Shown: one piece after another, positions 59,198-64,000 of the stretch
Position numbering within the stretch: the stretch's first letter is position 1
Layout: every line of letters starts with the position of its first letter
Origin: Orbicella franksi
Taxonomy: Eukaryota
Length of the DNA stretch: 64,000 nucleotides
Assembly: GCA_964199315.1 (NCBI GenBank)
Contig: OZ116700.1
Span: forward strand, 4,898,001-4,962,000
Direction of reading: 5' to 3'
Translations under genes and position numbers: made by a program
The notes under the pieces: model-generated
Database searches by the model: none
What the model was told of the DNA's origin: nothing
Seen by the model: the letters and a program-made list of their open reading frames with translations, nothing else

Positions 59198-61252
59198 ATG
59201 GCAGCAGCAGTGCCTTTCAACGTTGTTTTTGGAATCAACGAAACTCCCTTAACTCACGCTCTGGAGACAAGACGTTTTGATGAAGCATTAGAATATATCA
59301 ACAGTCGGTACGGAATGTGCTTGGATGAGGGATTTTACCAAAGAATTCCACTCTATATCGTTCTTTCCGGGGAAAATTCTGCAGTTGACGGGGAAGCCAT
59401 GCCCATTCACTTAAAAATCGCACGACGATTGATAGAGAGAGGTGAGATTTCTCAATATGATTAAATTTATTTGTCAATGTGTCGATTAGCTCTACAGGTA
59501 GAGAGCCATAAATCAGCAACCTTGTACATGTGATTTATAAATTCATGATTCCAACTGGGGTGTACTTCAGAAATCAATGCCATAAGGGATAGACTTACAA
59601 TGTAAGACCTCAATTTCATGAAGGTCTACATCTTCCTTACCAAGTCTACATGTATGTAATTCGGCATGGTCCCTCTACATTTTAATTTTTTTTATGTTTT
59701 ATGTTTTGTTTTTATCTTTCGTTAATGAACTTCAACGTACCAGTAATTTANNNNNNNNNNNNNNNNNNNNNNNNNNNNNNNNNNNNNNNNNNNNNNNNNN
59801 NNNNNNNNNNNNNNNNNNNNNNNNNNNNNNNNNNNNNNNNNNNNNNNNNNNNNNNNNNNNNNNNNNNNNNNNNNNNNNNNNNNNNGAGAATTCCAGAGGT
59901 GAGTATGATTTCTGTTCTAAAGAATCAAACCTGAATGAAATTGTTGAGAACGACGAGTCTTGCTGATATTTCTTAGAGTGTAAACATTTTTGTGGTTGCC
60001 ATACCAACAAGAAATGTCTACAGAAAAACCAAATACTATAGTATTAAGCATGTCTTGGAGTTTAACAAGGTCACTTTATGTCAGTTAATTATTCACTCAC
60101 TGGTGAGTAAATAATTATTGTTAAACACATCTTAGAGCATTGCATCGTGGTCTTGGTTGGTTATTCGAGGACTACAGTAGCTTTTATTGTATCTGGTGCT
60201 TTTTAGTATAGGATAGTGACATACTAAAAAGACCTCATTCTCTTTGATGGTTTTCATAAACTCAGTAAATAACAATGAAAATCTAGACAAATGCAACCAC
60301 GAAATTTTTTTTTTTTTGCCAACTTAACATCATCCTGCCTTTTGTTTGTCACTCCGTAGACTTGTGGTGCTGAGTACATTGGACCTGGCACATCTCCACT
60401 ACAATGTGTCGTCAACTTCTACAACCTGGTTACAAGCAAAGACACCGTACTCACACGAGATGCATTATCCACACATGAGGCATTATCCCTTAATGGGAAG
60501 AGTATAAAAGACACTGCAGACTTGATTGAAGAACTGATAAATGTGGTGTGGTTGCTATTGGGTCACGGAGCTGAAGTTAATGTTAGAGACACTGAATCAA
60601 AGACACCTCTGCACACCACATTGTTGAGGTCACAGGACTTGCGTATGGCACAGACCTTATGTGACAATGGGGCTGATCTTATGGCGACTGATTGTCATGG
60701 CAACACACCACTTATGTCTCTTTGTAGTCCACTGCCCTGGCGTGATGGCATAGAGCAAGGACCATGTCTTGATAGCGACATAAGTGAAGCTGTGCGCTTT
60801 CTGTTATCTTTTGAAAATGTAAAGGTATGTTTAGTCTTTGATTATTGTTGAATTGGAACGGTTTTCCATAGCAACTAAATACAAAGTATTTATGTCTTAC
60901 CTTCTCAGTTCATGCAATCCCTGTCTTTGCTTGCATCGCTTGACAAATTCTTAATTAAAGAGACTTGATGGGACATTTTGTGATAAACTCTGTAACAATG
61001 ACGATATGGGAGCACTGCTTTTTGAAATGCAAACTTGAATGGTAAAAGAAAATTGGATTTAATAGATTATTTTCAAATGGTGTAAGAGAATAAAACTACC
61101 AAAAATGAATATTGCTATGTTAGCAGTGTTAATATTAATCATCGAGGTCATCGCATTGGTCATGGTAAAGGCCATGATCATACTGGCCATTAACTTTGTA
61201 TTATTATATGGCTAGCTCCGTGAGCGGGCAAGATGAATCAAATCCTGCGCTG

Positions 61253-61283
<31 letters not shown>

Positions 61284-61370
61284 TATCTTGCCCGCTCGGG
61301 ACTACCCGCCGTGTCCCGCAAGAAAAATTTCCCCGAAAGCCATATAATAAATCCTTTATTGACCAAGCTT

Positions 61371-61405
<35 letters not shown>

Positions 61406-63124
61406 TTTTTTGCGAGTTTATGGGCCTCGACTCCGTCTTGGTCCATAAACTCGCGAAAAAAAGAACTTGGCCAATATCCAGCCATCTTGACCTCACACTT
61501 AGTCAATAACCCATATGTATTTAGTACACAGTAGCAAATCACTGAAATGAACAGGTTAATCATAGTATTACTGACATTGTGAAGGTGAATTAATCAACAT
61601 GACACGAGCGTGGGACAAAGAAAAATTCTGAGTCCCTAAAAGGAATCGAACCCATGACCTCCCGAACACCGGGCGGGCGCTCTATCCACTGAGCTACGAG
61701 AACTCATGGAGAGCAAGGTCATTTAACTGAGTTCATATATGATAGGTGTCCTGCATACTGCTAGGATCAACGCTATCGAATTCATCGTGAGTAGTGATAA
61801 GTTAATAAAGATGGTGAATTTTAAGCTCGGTAATGAAATGTGAAGGTGAATTAATCAACATGACACGAGCGTGGGACAAAGAAAAATTCGATTCCTTTCG
61901 GGGACTCAGAATTTTTTCTTGGTCCCATGCTCGTGTCATGTTGATTAATTCACCTTCACATTTCATTACCGAGCTTAAAATTCACCATCTTTATTAACTT
62001 ATCATTACTGACATTGTTAACAGCACTTGGCATAACAAGTTTTGTTTTCATTCAAGATTGATCACTGTGGAATTCACAGTAGAACAGCTCTGTTCTATGC
62101 CATGCAGTCAGCTAACTTTAAAGTTGCAACGATTCTTCTTGATCGTGGAGCTGATCCCAGTCTGCGTGGCTTGGGCCCTGATGGAAGGTAAATATGTTAT
62201 TTCGTTTTTTATTAGTTGAGGCTGATGAATGCACCTCTATAGCTTCTATTTAAATGTACATCTCCTTTGAGAGCACACCAACTATGCATGGTGTTTTACC
62301 CTCCTAGAGACGACCTTCACCCTTAAGTACAAATGGTTACTCATCTGTCCAGCTATTCAGAGACATTACCTGACAAGACATGCTGGGTGGTAGGGTGGGC
62401 AGTGGGCGGCAGCAGGAGCATCACCCTTACAAATGAATGTAACTGCCTCATGCTTAAGAAACCAAAGTTACACGTGAGTGCCAGCTCTTGGACTTGGGCC
62501 TCTATACCCACAGAAAGCTATCCAGTTTATAGAATGATTGTAGAAGTACATGTAATTTTATCCCAGACATTTATTTTTTTAGATAAGAATTAAATTTCTT
62601 TTAATATTTCTTCACATCTCAGATACATTTCTCCCTTGCTAGCCGCCATTATTCCATGGTCATCCATTGGACGAAAGGATACATCTGCAGTTTGCCGAGA
62701 GCTTTCCCCTCTAGTGGATAAAGGCTATTTTTCTACTGAGGAAATTCTATTGGAACTCCTTGATTACACCTCTTGGGGAAACCCAAGTGATGTGTCTTTA
62801 CTAAACCTGAAACAATTTGGAATTAGCTTGATTCCCATGTTGTTCGGACAAAGCATGTGTAAGTTGCGCCAACTAGCATCAAGGATGTTTATTGACGGCA
62901 TGTATGCTGGTGAGGCATTTGGACTGTTGAGTTCAAGCGAAGTGGCATGTTTGGTAAGAAGACACAGTCTTCCAGCTGAACTCATCACAGATTTTCAGAT
63001 TGTCTTGCTGAGGCATAAGATCTTGAATGCCTTAGCAGAAACAGACTGGGACTTGTGGGATGTTGAGGAGTTCACGCTGGATGAAAGCAGTGAATATGAT
63101 GAATCAGACGATGAGTATTGGTAG
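59198..63124 (+). CDS. Ankyrin-repeat protein with putative C-terminal SOCS-box-like motif (ASB-like); exon 2 mostly lost in N gap
   Basis: Exons 59198-59441, (gap)-59898, 60360-60824, 62057-62187, 62623-63124. Ankyrin motifs ETPLTHAL, LLLGHGAEVNVRD..KTPLH, GADL..D..GNTPL, RTALFYA..ILLDRGAD; KLRQLASRMFI resembles a BC/SOCS box; acidic tail. Confidence 0.8.
59751..59885. other. Assembly gap (N run)
   Basis: Run of n characters; the exon end AGAATTCCAGAG|gtgag emerges immediately after it. Confidence 1.
61207..61516 (+). mobile_element. Dispersed repeat, copy 2 (family of 17996-18300)
   Basis: Direct similarity between the two copies. Confidence 0.85.
61581..62003 (-). mobile_element. tRNA-headed element with a direct repeat, a ~97-bp inverted repeat and a 14-bp TSD
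   Basis: ATTACTGACATTGT at 61567-61580 and 62004-62017; identical 51-mer at 61578-61628 and 61839-61889; arms 61793-61889 / ~61909-62006; reverse tRNA-like head near 61630-61705. Confidence 0.85.
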
Positions 63125-64000
63125 CTTTCCTTGAAATATTTGCATCATAAAAGTGACTGGCGGTTCAATGTTTCAAGGCAGCAAAACTGATCACTCTTAA
63201 TCTGTCTCCAACATATCCAGTTAGGGCTGGCAAATGATAAAATCTAAGACTTGCCAAGATGCCGAGACCCTTGTTTGAAAACTTAGGAACAAGACTTTTT
63301 AAATCAGTTTTGGAAAATCTGGGTCCCAGAACTTAATGATCAACCATCCTAAGTGCTCTTGGCTAAGCTAGAAACTGAATAGCATTTCCTATAACAACTG
63401 AGTATTGACTTGAATCAATAGCAGTCAGAGGTAATTGCAAGTGATTTGCCTGTAGCAATAACATTTTGACCTTTTCGCTATCGCAGTAGGTTCTGTTTGA
63501 GACCCCTGGGCCAAAAAACAAATCTAAGACCTCCAAGAAAGAAGGAACACAAAAAAGAGCCTTTGTTACTCATCATAACGGCTTCTGAGATTACAAGATC
63601 AGTTCAAGAAGGATCTGCTCAAGTATACAAGCCACAAGAGTTTCTTGGTACCATTTGCCACCCCTCCATTGTCCTCTTGGAAAGTACCAAGAAAGCTTTC
63701 TCATCAGCTCCCAATCAATTTTCTCTGGTGTCCATCTTCCATTCATGGTAAATCTCATACCCAGGTCATATTTCATCCTCAGTTATTTCTGTGTATTTGC
63801 ACAAGGAAGAGTGTACTGTTGATTGTCTTTGTTCCCTCCACTCCCCATTTTATTAATTTTCTTTTTAGAATCATTACAGAAATATTCGACCCGCACAATC
63901 TTATCTAGTATTAAAGGAGCTATGTCATGGTTTGCACGTCTTGAAAGTGTAGCCTAAATTTTTCAAGTTCTTCATTTTTTTTATCTGTATTAATCTTCTT

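Noticed and set aside
61204-61563. Overlapping ORFs of 71-119 aa (also 18055-18240)
   Set aside because: They lie in a dispersed repeat present twice in the window and differ in frame between copies.
63591-63776. Short Trp-rich minus-strand ORF as a gene or LINE fragment
   Set aside because: No splice context or motif strong enough to call without a database search.

Overview
AT-rich, intron-rich animal DNA, most likely a scleractinian coral or related cnidarian (inferred from gene content and repeat families; species not determinable). Four spliced genes were reconstructed by hand from splice sites and reading frame. (1) 1-25951 (+): the 3' part of a secreted extracellular protein. It has VWDE-like EGF repeats, then a Thr/Glu-rich mucin-like stalk encoded by about 40 separate 18-33 nt symmetric phase-1 micro-exons (consensus APETTTTE), then an F5/8-type C (discoidin) domain and a C-terminal vWA domain. 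(2) 28485-48676 (+): myosin VI, 33 coding exons, 1239 aa; it keeps the reverse-gear insert-2 but appears to lack the insert-1 exon. (3) 52663-59055 (-): a TspanC8 tetraspanin, 7 exons, 270 aa. (4) 59198-63124 (+): an ankyrin-repeat protein with a possible SOCS box, head-to-head with the tetraspanin (142 bp between start codons); one exon runs into an N gap. Introns are full of mobile DNA: an AcademX remnant, a Penelope remnant with a degenerate hammerhead motif, an L1/Tx1 remnant nested in a MITE, tRNA-derived SINEs, tRNA-headed inverted-repeat elements with long TSDs, and many MITEs. The most striking feature is the micro-exon array, which looks like a splice-tunable and recombination-tunable mucin spacer undergoing exon birth and death. 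No transcript data were available, so all exon calls are predictions.
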